Of a DNA stretch of 64,000 nucleotides, positions 7,959 to 17,225 are shown piece by piece. This DNA comes from an uncultured Prolixibacteraceae bacterium (GTDB taxonomy: Bacteria; Bacteroidota; Bacteroidia; Bacteroidales; FEN-979). The stretch spans positions 111,797-175,796 of the forward strand of contig CAZXQU010000001.1 in NCBI GenBank assembly GCA_964642545.1, read 5' to 3'. Position numbers and translations under genes: made by a program. Position 1 is the stretch's first letter. Each line of letters opens with the position of its first letter. Below the pieces are notes generated by a model that was given only the letters and a program-made list of their open reading frames with translations, was not told the DNA's origin and made no database searches.

Positions 7959-9644
7959 TTATGCGATTTTTGCAGCAACAATCCCCAGGATCTCCTCCTC
8001 TTTGACTTTTGTCTTTTCCACAATTTCGTCAGCTTCTTTCAGCAAGGCATCCAGGAATGTTTTGTCTTTCAGTCCGGAAGCGTTGATCTTCACATTGAGG
8101 TAGGCGCCAATTACAGCAGAACGGGCACAGAGGGCTCCCACGCCGGCATCGGAAACTGAATTCGGATTTCCTGTTTCAGCCATTGCCTGGATGATCTCCA
8201 TTGATTCATAAGCACGTTTCATTGTGCGGAAGGGAATATCGATGGCATATTTCGTCGCCTCCTGGATGGCAGTAGAACGAGCAGTTTTCTCTTCGTCTGT
8301 TCCTTTAGGGAGGCTGAAAGCATCCATGATGCGGTTGAATGCGCGGGTATCTTCATCTACCAGGTAGAGCAGTTCGTCCTTGATCTTCTGACCTTTTTCG
8401 GCCCAGTCGGAGAACTCTTTCCACCGATCGTCCCAACCGGCTTTATGTGAGGAGAGGTTAGCTACCATTGTAGCGAGAGAGATTCCCAGCGCTCCGATGT
8501 AAGCAGAAACGGATCCACCGCCAGGTGCCGGAGATTCGGAAGCGGTTTCGTTGGCAAACCCTTTGCAGGTCATGCTGATCAGTTTCTCCTGCAAGGGATC
8601 TTCCAGCAGGTATTCAATGATCTTCTCTTTCGGGTTGAATGGCTTCAGGTCATCGAGCCCGAGCGACTTCACTGCGATTTTGATGATTTCCTCTTCTGAG
8701 ACACCCGTTGACCGATTCTGTTTTTCCAGGAAATATTTTCCGGCATCAATCATCGCTTTTTTGGGAACGAGCCCTACCAGTTCCGATCCGGTGACGCGCA
8801 TTCCTCTCTCCTGGGCCTTTTTACAGGTCTCTTCGAAGGCTACATGCACGGGAGTAATGCTGATATTGGTGAGGTTGATCGAGATCTGGGCGATGCCATA
8901 CTCCTCGATGAACCAGCCGATTGCTTTACATGCTTTCAATGACCCAGGGATCCATATCTCCTTCCCGTTTGCATCCAGTTTCTTTCTCCCGGTAATCGAA
9001 TTCCCTTCCCGTACAGGGCGTCCTCTCTCGCGGATATCATAAGCGACAGAATTAGCACGGCGTGTAGAAGTGGTATTAAGATTTATGTTGTAGGCAACCA
9101 GGAAATCCCTGGCGCCAATGGCGATTGCGCCAGTATGCGGGTTGAATTTGGCAGGGCCGAAGTCGGGTTTCCATTTCGGATCTTTCAACTTTTCGGGCAA
9201 CCCTTCGTATTCACCGGCACGACAGGTAGCCAGGTTGGTGCGTTCGGGAGTGAAGGCGGCATTTTCGTAGCAATAGACTGGAATCTCCAACTCATTCCCA
9301 ACCCCTTCGGCCAGCTTATGTGCATACGCAGCAGTCTCTTCCATGGTTATGTTTGCAATTGGCACCAGAGGGCATACATCGGTAGCCCCGAAACGGGGAT
9401 GTTCCCCATGATGCTTGCTCATGTCAATGATCTGGCCTGCTTTTTTAACAGCCTGAAAAGCAGCTTCAATTACGGCATCCGGAGTTCCTACAAATGTCAC
9501 AACAGTGCGGTTAGTAGCCTTACCGGGATCGACATCCAGGAGTTTCACCCCTTCGATCTTCTCAATTTCGTCGGTGATTTGTTTTATGACGGCCATATCG
9601 CGGCCTTCTGAGAAGTTGGGGACGCATTCGATGAGTTGTTTCAT
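7959..9644 (-). CDS. ftcD: Bifunctional glutamate formimidoyltransferase / formimidoyltetrahydrofolate cyclodeaminase
   Basis: 561 aa. The N-terminus MKQLIECVPNFSEGRD matches formiminotransferase. The C-terminal domain with SPAPGGGSVSAYIGALG matches cyclodeaminase. Confidence 0.9.
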   Translation of the reverse strand: MKQLIECVPNFSEGRDMAVIKQITDEIEKIEGVKLLDVDPGKATNRTVVTFVGTPDAVIEAAFQAVKKAGQIIDMSKHHGEHPRFGATDVCPLVPIANITMEETAAYAHKLAEGVGNELEIPVYCYENAAFTPERTNLATCRAGEYEGLPEKLKDPKWKPDFGPAKFNPHTGAIAIGARDFLVAYNINLNTTSTRRANSVAYDIRERGRPVREGNSITGRKKLDANGKEIWIPGSLKACKAIGWFIEEYGIAQISINLTNISITPVHVAFEETCKKAQERGMRVTGSELVGLVPKKAMIDAGKYFLEKQNRSTGVSEEEIIKIAVKSLGLDDLKPFNPKEKIIEYLLEDPLQEKLISMTCKGFANETASESPAPGGGSVSAYIGALGISLATMVANLSSHKAGWDDRWKEFSDWAEKGQKIKDELLYLVDEDTRAFNRIMDAFSLPKGTDEEKTARSTAIQEATKYAIDIPFRTMKRAYESMEIIQAMAETGNPNSVSDAGVGALCARSAVIGAYLNVKINASGLKDKTFLDALLKEADEIVEKTKVKEEEILGIVAAKIA

Positions 9645-9652
9645 AATATGAA

Positions 9653-9684
9653 GTGATGGAGTGATGGAGTGATGAGGTGATGAT
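9653..9684. repeat. Octamer array (4 units) in the ftcD leader
   Basis: The units are GTGATGGA GTGATGGA GTGATGAG GTGATGAT. Confidence 0.7.
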
Positions 9685-9727
9685 TATAAATAGTGATTTA
9701 GCGAAATTATGAATTCAATATTTCAAG

Positions 9728-9735
9728 CAAAATTA
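9728..9735 (-). promoter_or_regulatory. -7 promoter box TAATTTTG for ftcD
   Basis: The rc of 9728-9735 is TAATTTTG (TAnnTTTG consensus), about 85 nt upstream of the ftcD ATG. Confidence 0.4.
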
Positions 9736-9803
9736 GTAAAAAGGGATTATCTGTGAAAATCAGTTTCATCTGTGCCATCTGTGTTCCATATTTTTTTAAT
9801 TCT

Positions 9804-9811
9804 TAAATTTG
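9804..9811 (+). promoter_or_regulatory. -7 promoter box TAAATTTG
   Basis: It matches TAnnTTTG, 24 nt upstream of the ATG at 9835. Confidence 0.45.
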
Positions 9812-9834
9812 AGCCCCAATCAATAAACAAAACC

Positions 9835-11880
9835 ATGAAAAAGTATTTATTCCTATTGCTGATTCCGGCAATCTTCGTTCTTACCCAATGTCAGGAAGCC
9901 AAAAAAGAGCAAACTGTGCGGTATATAACCCAAAACGTGATCGACTCTGTTGTCGACCGGATTGTGGCAAATTACGACGAAGAAGAGTATTTCTATGTCT
10001 CCATGGGCGTAACCCAGGTCGCGAACCTCTGGCGGGAGAGTGACGGGACTGTTGCCGACTTTGAGGCCTTCTGTGAGAAGAATTACATCTATGACGGCGT
10101 TGCACGCAGAAACCTGTTTCTCAGGCTCTCCTCTAATTTCGAGACCATTTTCGGCCACAACAATATGGTCAGCCTGCGGTTGAAAGAGCCTGTGCATCTC
10201 TCCACCTACGAGATGCTGGACGTAGATGAGACCTTTGCCGCCTATGAGCCTGGAGCCCACTTTACGGATGACTTTTTTGCCATCAAGATCGCATTCATCA
10301 CGGCACTCAACTTCCCGAACTATACGCTGGAGCAAAAGACCAAATATGCAGACCGGTGGAAACGCCTCGAGTGGGGATATGTCCGGATGGGAGACATGTT
10401 TACATCACGGGTTCCTGCAGAGGTCAATCAGAAAGTCGCCGAAGCCCTTTCGGCATCCGACAACTACATCTCCGGATACAACATTTGGGTAGGGAACCTG
10501 GTGGACGACCAGATGCAGACCCATTTTGCAAAGGATATGAAACTCCTCTCCCACTGGAACCTCCGCGACGAGCTGAAGGCAAACTATAATGGCGGCGACG
10601 AAGGACTGCTGAAACAGCAGATGATCTATGAAGTGATGCTCCGTATCATCAGCCAGGAGATCCCTGAAGCCGTAATCGATAATCCCGACCTTCAGTGGAA
10701 TCCAACTACAAACAAAGTCTACAAGGATGGACAGGAAGAGGCAGTAACTCCTGAACCGGATACTCGGTACCGGACGCTTCTGAACAACTTTAAGGCCATG
10801 GAACTTGTTGACCCATATACGCCCGATTATCCTACTTTCATCCAACGGGCATTCGACGGGGGTATGGAGATCTCCCAAGCCGATGTAGAAAAGGCCTTCA
10901 CGGAGCTTTGTTCTTCGGAGCAGGTAAAGAAAGTGGCTGATCTGATCAAAAGCCGGCTGGGTCGCGACCTGCAGCCCTTCGATATCTGGTACGACGGCTT
11001 CAAGGCTCGCAGTGGACTCGACCAGGAGATGCTCACGAGGATGACCCGGGAGAAATATCCCAATACGGCAGCGTTTGAAAAAGACATTCCGAATATGCTG
11101 ATGAAGCTAGGATTTAAACCCGACAAAGCCAAAGAGATCGCCTCTCATATCACCGTAGATCCCGCCAGGGGTTCGGGCCATGCCTGGGGAGCCTCCATGA
11201 AGGGGGACAAGGCGCATTTACGCACACGAATCGGTCCTGATGGGATGGACTACAAAGGGTATAATATTGCCATTCATGAGCTGGGACATAATGTGGAGCA
11301 GACCATCTCCCTCTACTTTGTGGATTATTACATGCTGCAGGGGGTTCCTAACACCGCTTTTACTGAAGCATTAGCTTTTACATTCCAGAAACGCGATCTG
11401 GAGCTGCTGGGTTTTCCCAACAGGGATCCCAACAAGGATGCTATGGAGGCGCTTGATATCTTCTGGGGCGCCTATGAGATTATGGGTGTTTCGCTGGTTG
11501 ACATGGCCGTATGGAAATGGCTCTATGAGCACCCGGATGCCACTGCATCAGAGCTGAAAGAGATTGTAATCACCACTGCAAAAGAGGTGTGGAACAAGTA
11601 CTTTGCAGAAGCTTTCGGTGTAACCGATTCCCCAATCCTTGCGATCTACTCCCACATGATCGACAATCCACTTTACCTCTCTAACTACCCGGTAGGCCAC
11701 CTGATCGACTTCCAGCTGGATGGTTACCTGAAAAGGAAGAACTTTGCCGATGAAGTACTCAGGATATACACACAGGGCGACATCATCCCACAGTATTGGA
11801 TGCAAAAGGCAGTAGGTTCACCGATCAGTATTCAGCCGTTGCTGGAGGCCACGGAGGAAGCGCTTAATGTTGTCAAGTAA
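9835..11880 (+). CDS. Lipoprotein, putative zinc metallopeptidase (HExxH)
   Basis: It has a lipobox signal (MKKYLFLLLIPAIFVLTQC) from the ATG at 9835; the track start at 9772 is a GTG extension. It has a single HELGH motif (NIAIHELGHNVEQT). The family is not recognised beyond that. Confidence 0.55.
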   Translation: MKKYLFLLLIPAIFVLTQCQEAKKEQTVRYITQNVIDSVVDRIVANYDEEEYFYVSMGVTQVANLWRESDGTVADFEAFCEKNYIYDGVARRNLFLRLSSNFETIFGHNNMVSLRLKEPVHLSTYEMLDVDETFAAYEPGAHFTDDFFAIKIAFITALNFPNYTLEQKTKYADRWKRLEWGYVRMGDMFTSRVPAEVNQKVAEALSASDNYISGYNIWVGNLVDDQMQTHFAKDMKLLSHWNLRDELKANYNGGDEGLLKQQMIYEVMLRIISQEIPEAVIDNPDLQWNPTTNKVYKDGQEEAVTPEPDTRYRTLLNNFKAMELVDPYTPDYPTFIQRAFDGGMEISQADVEKAFTELCSSEQVKKVADLIKSRLGRDLQPFDIWYDGFKARSGLDQEMLTRMTREKYPNTAAFEKDIPNMLMKLGFKPDKAKEIASHITVDPARGSGHAWGASMKGDKAHLRTRIGPDGMDYKGYNIAIHELGHNVEQTISLYFVDYYMLQGVPNTAFTEALAFTFQKRDLELLGFPNRDPNKDAMEALDIFWGAYEIMGVSLVDMAVWKWLYEHPDATASELKEIVITTAKEVWNKYFAEAFGVTDSPILAIYSHMIDNPLYLSNYPVGHLIDFQLDGYLKRKNFADEVLRIYTQGDIIPQYWMQKAVGSPISIQPLLEATEEALNVVK

Positions 11881-11886
11881 TTGAAA

Positions 11887-11928
11887 GATACGAGATGCGG
11901 GATACGCGATGGGAGTCAGGAGGTGGTA
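11887..11928. repeat. Heptamer array (6 units)
   Basis: The units are GATACGA GATGCGG GATACGC GATGGGA GTCAGGA GGTGGTA, starting 7 nt after the stop at 11880. Confidence 0.5.
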
Positions 11929-11995
11929 GTTTTACATTTATATTATCCTAATTATTGAATTTAGCTGTATCTTTATGGAGTAAATAATAATCTTC

Positions 11996-13492
11996 ATGAA
12001 ACGGATCCTATACATCCTTCTTCTCTGCTTTCCCTTTGCATTATCAGCCCAAAACTGGCAGAATATCTGTTCGCCAGGGGTGACACTCTATCAAAACTCC
12101 GGAGGAGAGATTCAGGCATTCAGGCTGGATTCCATTCAGGTGCCAGGCAATGGGGATACCATTTTTTATTCATACCATACCATCAGGGAGACGCAACCGT
12201 GTGCCGACACCTCCCATGGGTCCGTCCTGGGGTTCAAGGTATACAAGACATCTAATGGCTGGTTCTACTTTTTTAACAAATCCTGGGATACGTTGAAGAT
12301 TAACACCAATGCATCATTAAGTGATTCCTGGAAATTCTGTAACCTGCCGGATTCAGGTTTCGTTGAGGCAACAGTTTCAGAGATCGTGACTGACACCATC
12401 CTGGGCATGGCTGATTCAGTGAAAACCATTCTTTTTCAAGCCTACGACTCCACGGGGAATGTTTTAACTCATGTCATCAACGGCCGGACAGTTTCCCTCA
12501 GTAAATCTCATGGCATGACCGTGATGGCAGAGGTCTACCTCCTCCCCGGTGCCTTTTCGAAGTATAAACTTGCAGGAACTACAATTCCGGAAGCCGGTAT
12601 CCCAAATCTGAATGAGCGGTTGGTCTATGATTTTAATGTGGGAGACGAGTTCCATTACCAGGGTGCTGATACATACCAAACTGGGCATGTTACCTGGACC
12701 TACTGGAAAAGGATAATTACGATCCTTTCCAAGCAGATTTCAGCCACCGGTAACGCTTTTATTTACCAGGCAAAGCGATGCACACACTTGGATATCGTCC
12801 CTCCTTTTACCTGGGGACCTCCCTATGTCGAAAATTACCATGACACTATTATACTCGTGTTCCCACGCTCTTCTTCCATTACTGATACTTCACGACTGAA
12901 ACTACCTGGAACGTTTTTTAGAAATGACTTCAGCGTGGCTGCAAATAACTATTTGAGGGATTTCAATGGTCCAAACAACAGACAAAGGCAAATCATCCGA
13001 AAAAATTTCTACCGTTGCCAGGATAGCTGCTGGCTCCCTGAACAGGCGTACCGTGGCTGGAATGAATATGCAGAAGGGATTGGCTGTTTGTTCGATGGAT
13101 GGGGTGTTGAATATACAACAGTCGGTCTACGCATGTTTTACGAAGATAAGCTTGTCTACTATAGGAAAGGAGATGAAGAGTGGGGAACACGACTTGCTGC
13201 TGATTGCGATCAATTGCTGGGAACAGATGAGCTTCAGGTTTCAGGTTCCTGGTTTCAGGTTTTTCTTTATCCAAACCCTCTTCATAACCAGATGACGTTG
13301 ACTATCGAAGGATTTAAACCGGGAATCCGCACCGATTTCATTTTATACGATTTCCTGGGAAGGGAAGTCTACCAAACAGTCATCCGGCAGAATGAGGTAA
13401 CACTAAATCGACCGCCAATACCCAATGGTTTATATATCTGGAAGGTGACAGGCGATCTGGGAACAGCTACGGGGAAGCTGGTGTTGGAATAA
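11996..13492 (+). CDS. Secreted hypothetical protein with T9SS C-terminal sorting domain
   Basis: It has a signal peptide (MKRILYILLLCFPFALSAQ). The C-terminus is FLYPNPLHNQMTL...GLYIWKVTGDLGTATGKLVLE. Confidence 0.7.
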   Translation: MKRILYILLLCFPFALSAQNWQNICSPGVTLYQNSGGEIQAFRLDSIQVPGNGDTIFYSYHTIRETQPCADTSHGSVLGFKVYKTSNGWFYFFNKSWDTLKINTNASLSDSWKFCNLPDSGFVEATVSEIVTDTILGMADSVKTILFQAYDSTGNVLTHVINGRTVSLSKSHGMTVMAEVYLLPGAFSKYKLAGTTIPEAGIPNLNERLVYDFNVGDEFHYQGADTYQTGHVTWTYWKRIITILSKQISATGNAFIYQAKRCTHLDIVPPFTWGPPYVENYHDTIILVFPRSSSITDTSRLKLPGTFFRNDFSVAANNYLRDFNGPNNRQRQIIRKNFYRCQDSCWLPEQAYRGWNEYAEGIGCLFDGWGVEYTTVGLRMFYEDKLVYYRKGDEEWGTRLAADCDQLLGTDELQVSGSWFQVFLYPNPLHNQMTLTIEGFKPGIRTDFILYDFLGREVYQTVIRQNEVTLNRPPIPNGLYIWKVTGDLGTATGKLVLE

Positions 13493-13562
13493 ATTAGCGA
13501 TTAGGGATTAGGGATTTATATTAGGCATCTGTCATCTGGCATCCGGTATCCGGTATCTACTT
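13493..13562. repeat. Heptamer array (10 units) filling the whole spacer between two convergent stop codons
   Basis: The units are ATTAGCG ATTAGGG ATTAGGG ATTTATA TTAGGCA TCTGTCA TCTGGCA TCCGGTA TCCGGTA TCTACTT. It starts at the base after the TAA at 13490-13492 and runs into the hutI stop at 13561-13563. Confidence 0.8.
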
Positions 13563-14964
13563 ACAGAACGACCTTTCCATTGAGTATTACGGATTCCACC
13601 TTATTACTTCCATACGCGTATGGCATGAACTCATAGGTCGACATTGGCTTGGTAATAAACAGGTTGGCCTTTTTCCCTCTTGCGATGCTTCCAAGCTCAT
13701 CGCTCACTCCCATTGCATAAGCGCCATTAAGGGTAGTGGCAAAAATGGCCTCTTCGGGAAGAAGCCGGTAGGTGATGCAGGCCATGGAAAGAATCAGTTG
13801 CATATTTCCGGAAGGGCTGGAACCTGGATTGAAATCGCTTGCGAAGGCAACCGGTAATCCAGCATCGATCATCCTGCGGGCTGGTGCGGCGATCATGTTG
13901 AGGAAGAAGGCTGCGCCAGGAAGAATAACCGGCATGGTTTCAGAATTTGCCAGGGAGGCTATCTCCCTTTTGCCTGTGTATTCGAGGTGGTCGACCGAAA
14001 GGGCATTGTACTTCACCCCTACCTGGATGCCACCTGAGTAGTCGAGTTCGTTGGCATGGATCTTCGGCCTCAACCCATACTTCATTCCGGCATTGAGTAT
14101 CCTGTCAGTCTCATCCACGGTAAAGAAGCCTTTGTCGCAGAATACGTCGATATAGTCGGCCAACTCTTCGGAGGCCACCTGTGGAATCATCTCATGGATC
14201 ACCAGGTCGACATACTCCCCCTGCCTCCCTTTGTATTCAGCCGGAACGGCATGAGCTCCCAAAAAGGTAGAGACGATCGTCAACGGTGATAACTCCTTTA
14301 ATTTCCTGATCACCCGGAGCATCTTCAGTTCATCCTCAACAGTCAGCCCATAACCGCTTTTGATCTCAACTGCTCCTGTTCCAAAAGCAATGATCTCGTT
14401 CAATCGCCCCATCGCCTGCTCAACCAGTTCCTCTTCAGAGGTATGGTGAAGCAGTTTTGCCGAGTTCAGTATCCCTCCTCCCCGTTTGGCGATCTCTTCA
14501 TAGCTCAGCCCCTTGATTTTATCAACATATTCGATCTCCCGGCTTCCAGCGTAGACCAAGTGTGTATGGGCGTCGCAGAAAGAGGGGAAGACGAAACAAC
14601 CGGAGGCGTCGACGATCTGAATGTCATTGTATTGACGAAGGTTGTGGAATATTGTGGCCTGTGACTCGTGACCCATGACTGGCGGTGAAGGTGGAGAAAG
14701 TGAAGTAGGTGGAGAAAGTAGTGAAGGTGGTGAGTTGTTTTCAAAGAGTTCATAATGCTTTATTCCGGTAGCAGAGAGACTGGATTGGATTTCAGATGGT
14801 ATCGTGTCCATCGATCCGAAATCCTTAATCTTGTCTCCTTCGATCAGCAACCAGGCATTTTTAAGTGTTTTCAGATGCGACATCTCTTTCCCGGCCACAA
14901 GGGGTTTGGGGTTTTCTTCGATGTTAACAAGCTCTTTGATGTTGGTGATGAGGATCGACTTCAT
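13561..14964 (-). CDS. hutI: Imidazolonepropionase
   Basis: It has the amidohydrolase metal motif CDAHTHLVYAGSREIEY and KGLSYEEIAKRGGGILNS, and family-like sequence through the C-terminus. At 467 aa it is longer than I expect for the family because of a low-complexity insert near the N-terminus. Confidence 0.9.
   Translation of the reverse strand: MKSILITNIKELVNIEENPKPLVAGKEMSHLKTLKNAWLLIEGDKIKDFGSMDTIPSEIQSSLSATGIKHYELFENNSPPSLLSPPTSLSPPSPPVMGHESQATIFHNLRQYNDIQIVDASGCFVFPSFCDAHTHLVYAGSREIEYVDKIKGLSYEEIAKRGGGILNSAKLLHHTSEEELVEQAMGRLNEIIAFGTGAVEIKSGYGLTVEDELKMLRVIRKLKELSPLTIVSTFLGAHAVPAEYKGRQGEYVDLVIHEMIPQVASEELADYIDVFCDKGFFTVDETDRILNAGMKYGLRPKIHANELDYSGGIQVGVKYNALSVDHLEYTGKREIASLANSETMPVILPGAAFFLNMIAAPARRMIDAGLPVAFASDFNPGSSPSGNMQLILSMACITYRLLPEEAIFATTLNGAYAMGVSDELGSIARGKKANLFITKPMSTYEFMPYAYGSNKVESVILNGKVVL
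14680..14733. repeat. In-frame 18-nt x3 tandem repeat inside hutI, encoding SPPSLL SPPTSL SPPSPP
   Basis: The plus strand reads GGTGAAGGTGGAGAAAG / TGAAGTAGGTGGAGAAAG / TAGTGAAGGTGGTGAG. It corresponds to hutI residues 78-95. Confidence 0.65.
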
Positions 14965-15018
14965 GGTTGTTAAATTTCAGGGAGTTGACGCAAAGGTAGA
15001 GAATTTTGATTTTTTCTT

Positions 15019-15026
15019 TACCTTTG
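15019..15026 (+). promoter_or_regulatory. -7 promoter box TACCTTTG
   Basis: It matches TAnnTTTG, 44 nt upstream of the ATG at 15070. Confidence 0.45.
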
Positions 15027-15069
15027 CAATTGAAACCCAAAGCCATAATCCTAAATTAAATCATTAATA

Positions 15070-17196
15070 ATGAAAAGAATCACCCTTCTCTTTTCCCTTT
15101 TATTTTTAGTGATCACCTTGTCTGTATTTGCTAAAAAAGTCGAGGTAAGCCAGGCCCGTCAGGCCGGTCTGAACTTCTATTACGAACGTGCCAATATCAA
15201 TCAGAACATATCCTTTGATGCCCTGCTGATTACCGGTGAAACAATTGTTACAGAAAACGATATCACGGCCTACTACATTTTTGACATCGGTGACAACGGA
15301 TATATCATCGTTACGGCCGACGACCAGCTTTATCCTGTGATCGGGTATTCTTTCGAGACATCCTGGTCGAATGAAGAGTTACCTGCTCACGTGCAATTCT
15401 GGCTTAACAACTACAAAGGCGAAATCCTTGAAGCCATTACTCAGGGATATCCTGCTGATCAACAGATCACTGGTGCCTGGGAACGTTACAGTTCACCCAA
15501 TCCCGTTACCCTTCCCGATGAACCATTACTGGATGTGGAACCAATGATCACCAACACCTGGAACCAGGACTTCCCCTACAACGCAATGTGTCCGGAAGAC
15601 CCAGCACCGGGTGGTTCCTATTACGGACACGTACCGGTTGGTTGCGTTGCCACGGCTATGAGCCAGATCATGCATTACTGGCGCTGGCCCGAAACAGGAG
15701 TTGGTTCGCACTGCTACACACCCCCACAATCTCAGTATGGACAACAGTGCGCCGATTTTGGCAATACCACCTACGAATGGGACGGAATAGTTGATCACAC
15801 CTCAAAACAGTGCGATCCTGTTGCTTTGCTCTCATGGCATTGCGGCATCTCGGTGAATATGATGTACGGACCAACCGGATCCGGGGCATACACTGACGAC
15901 GTACCTAATGCCCTTAAGAACTATTTCAAGTACTCCACAAGTGCTTATTACGCTCATAAATATGCTTATCCCACCACACAATGGAATAACCTACTTAAAA
16001 CTGACCTGGATGCCGGCAGACCAATTGAATATTCGGGAACTGGTGGCGGCGAGGGCCATGCCTGGGTTTGCGACGGATATCAGGGAACTGATTACTACCA
16101 TATGAACTGGGGTTGGGGTGGTAACTACAACGGCTATTTCTACCTGAATGGCCTAAATCCCGGAGGATACACGTTCAACAGTGACCAAGGAGCCGTATTG
16201 CAGATCCATCCTGATCCTTCGATGTACCCTACCTATTGCAGTGGGCAGACCGACCTAATCACAAATGATTTCGGAGCATTTGAGGATGGAAGCGGGCCAC
16301 TGGAAAATTACGAGAGCGATGCCAACTGCTCATGGTTGATCGCCCCGGATGATGGTGTGGAAAGTGTATCTGTTTCGTTCCTTCGTTTCGACCTGGCTTC
16401 GGGCGATGAACTCAACATTTACGATGGCAACTCTGCCAGCGCTACCCTGATCGGAACTTACACCGGCACCTCGTTGCCTCCCACTGTCACCTCTACCGGC
16501 CCTGAAATGTTTATTGCCTTTACTACCAATGAAACAGGAACCGCACAAGGATTTCTTGCTGAGTATGACTGCAACATGATCACTTTCTGCGCATCCAGCA
16601 CCAACCTTACTGACCCGTCAGGAGATATCAGCGACGGAAGCGGCGACTTAGATTACCGCAATAGTACATTGTGCAAATGGTACATCAAACCAACCAATGC
16701 TGAAACCGTGATTCTGAATTTTAGCAGTATCAATACGGAAGAGACGAATGACAGAATCCAGGTCTATGATCTTGGCTCCGGAACTCTTTTAGGTAATTTC
16801 TCCGGCAATATGACCAACCCGCCAACAGGACTTGTTGCCCCGAGTGGCGAGATGTTACTCTTGTGGAGCAGTAACAAAACCATCAGAGGTATTGGTTGGG
16901 AAGCAAGCTATACAATTACTGTAAGCACTGAAGAGTCGGCAGCCGTGGATAACCTCTATGTCTATCCCAACCCGGTCCATGATTATCTGATGGTGAAATT
17001 TGACGGAACTTCGCTTCGTACGGTTCAGATCGATCTTTACTCGCTGAAGGGAACGAAAATCTACAGTGGTGTTCGATCGAATGTGAACGGACAGGTGGAA
17101 GAGCGTATCAACCTGAGTGGCGTTTCAAAAGGCGTATACATGCTCCGGATTACCAGCGAGCAAGGAGTATCGAATACGAAAGTAGTCGTACAATAG
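15070..17196 (+). CDS. Peptidase C10 (streptopain-like cysteine protease) with CUB-like domains and T9SS CTD
   Basis: 708 aa with a signal peptide and an N-terminal propeptide-like region. The catalytic Cys context is VGCVATAMSQIMHYWRWPETGVG and the His context is GHAWVCDGY. It has CUB-like modules (NCSWLIAP...LNIYDG; LCKWYIKP...IQVYD). The CTD is YVYPNPVHDYLMV...GVYMLRITSEQGVSNTKVVVQ. Confidence 0.85.
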   Translation: MKRITLLFSLLFLVITLSVFAKKVEVSQARQAGLNFYYERANINQNISFDALLITGETIVTENDITAYYIFDIGDNGYIIVTADDQLYPVIGYSFETSWSNEELPAHVQFWLNNYKGEILEAITQGYPADQQITGAWERYSSPNPVTLPDEPLLDVEPMITNTWNQDFPYNAMCPEDPAPGGSYYGHVPVGCVATAMSQIMHYWRWPETGVGSHCYTPPQSQYGQQCADFGNTTYEWDGIVDHTSKQCDPVALLSWHCGISVNMMYGPTGSGAYTDDVPNALKNYFKYSTSAYYAHKYAYPTTQWNNLLKTDLDAGRPIEYSGTGGGEGHAWVCDGYQGTDYYHMNWGWGGNYNGYFYLNGLNPGGYTFNSDQGAVLQIHPDPSMYPTYCSGQTDLITNDFGAFEDGSGPLENYESDANCSWLIAPDDGVESVSVSFLRFDLASGDELNIYDGNSASATLIGTYTGTSLPPTVTSTGPEMFIAFTTNETGTAQGFLAEYDCNMITFCASSTNLTDPSGDISDGSGDLDYRNSTLCKWYIKPTNAETVILNFSSINTEETNDRIQVYDLGSGTLLGNFSGNMTNPPTGLVAPSGEMLLLWSSNKTIRGIGWEASYTITVSTEESAAVDNLYVYPNPVHDYLMVKFDGTSLRTVQIDLYSLKGTKIYSGVRSNVNGQVEERINLSGVSKGVYMLRITSEQGVSNTKVVVQ

Positions 17197-17225
17197 CATT
17201 CTGAGAAGAATTTTTTGTAATTTAC

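Noticed and set aside
9772-9834. N-terminal extensions in the ORF track (also 20899-20970, 3365-3424 and 56224-56253)
   Set aside because: They start at GTG or TTG codons inside promoters, terminators or arrays. Internal ATGs give proper signal peptides or family N-termini.
13493-13513. ATTAGGG repeats resembling the eukaryotic telomere unit TTAGGG (also at 33381-33401)
   Set aside because: The period is 7, not 6, and there are only 3-4 units. They are embedded between bacterial genes and continuous in register with other heptamer families. They are not telomeric and not contamination.
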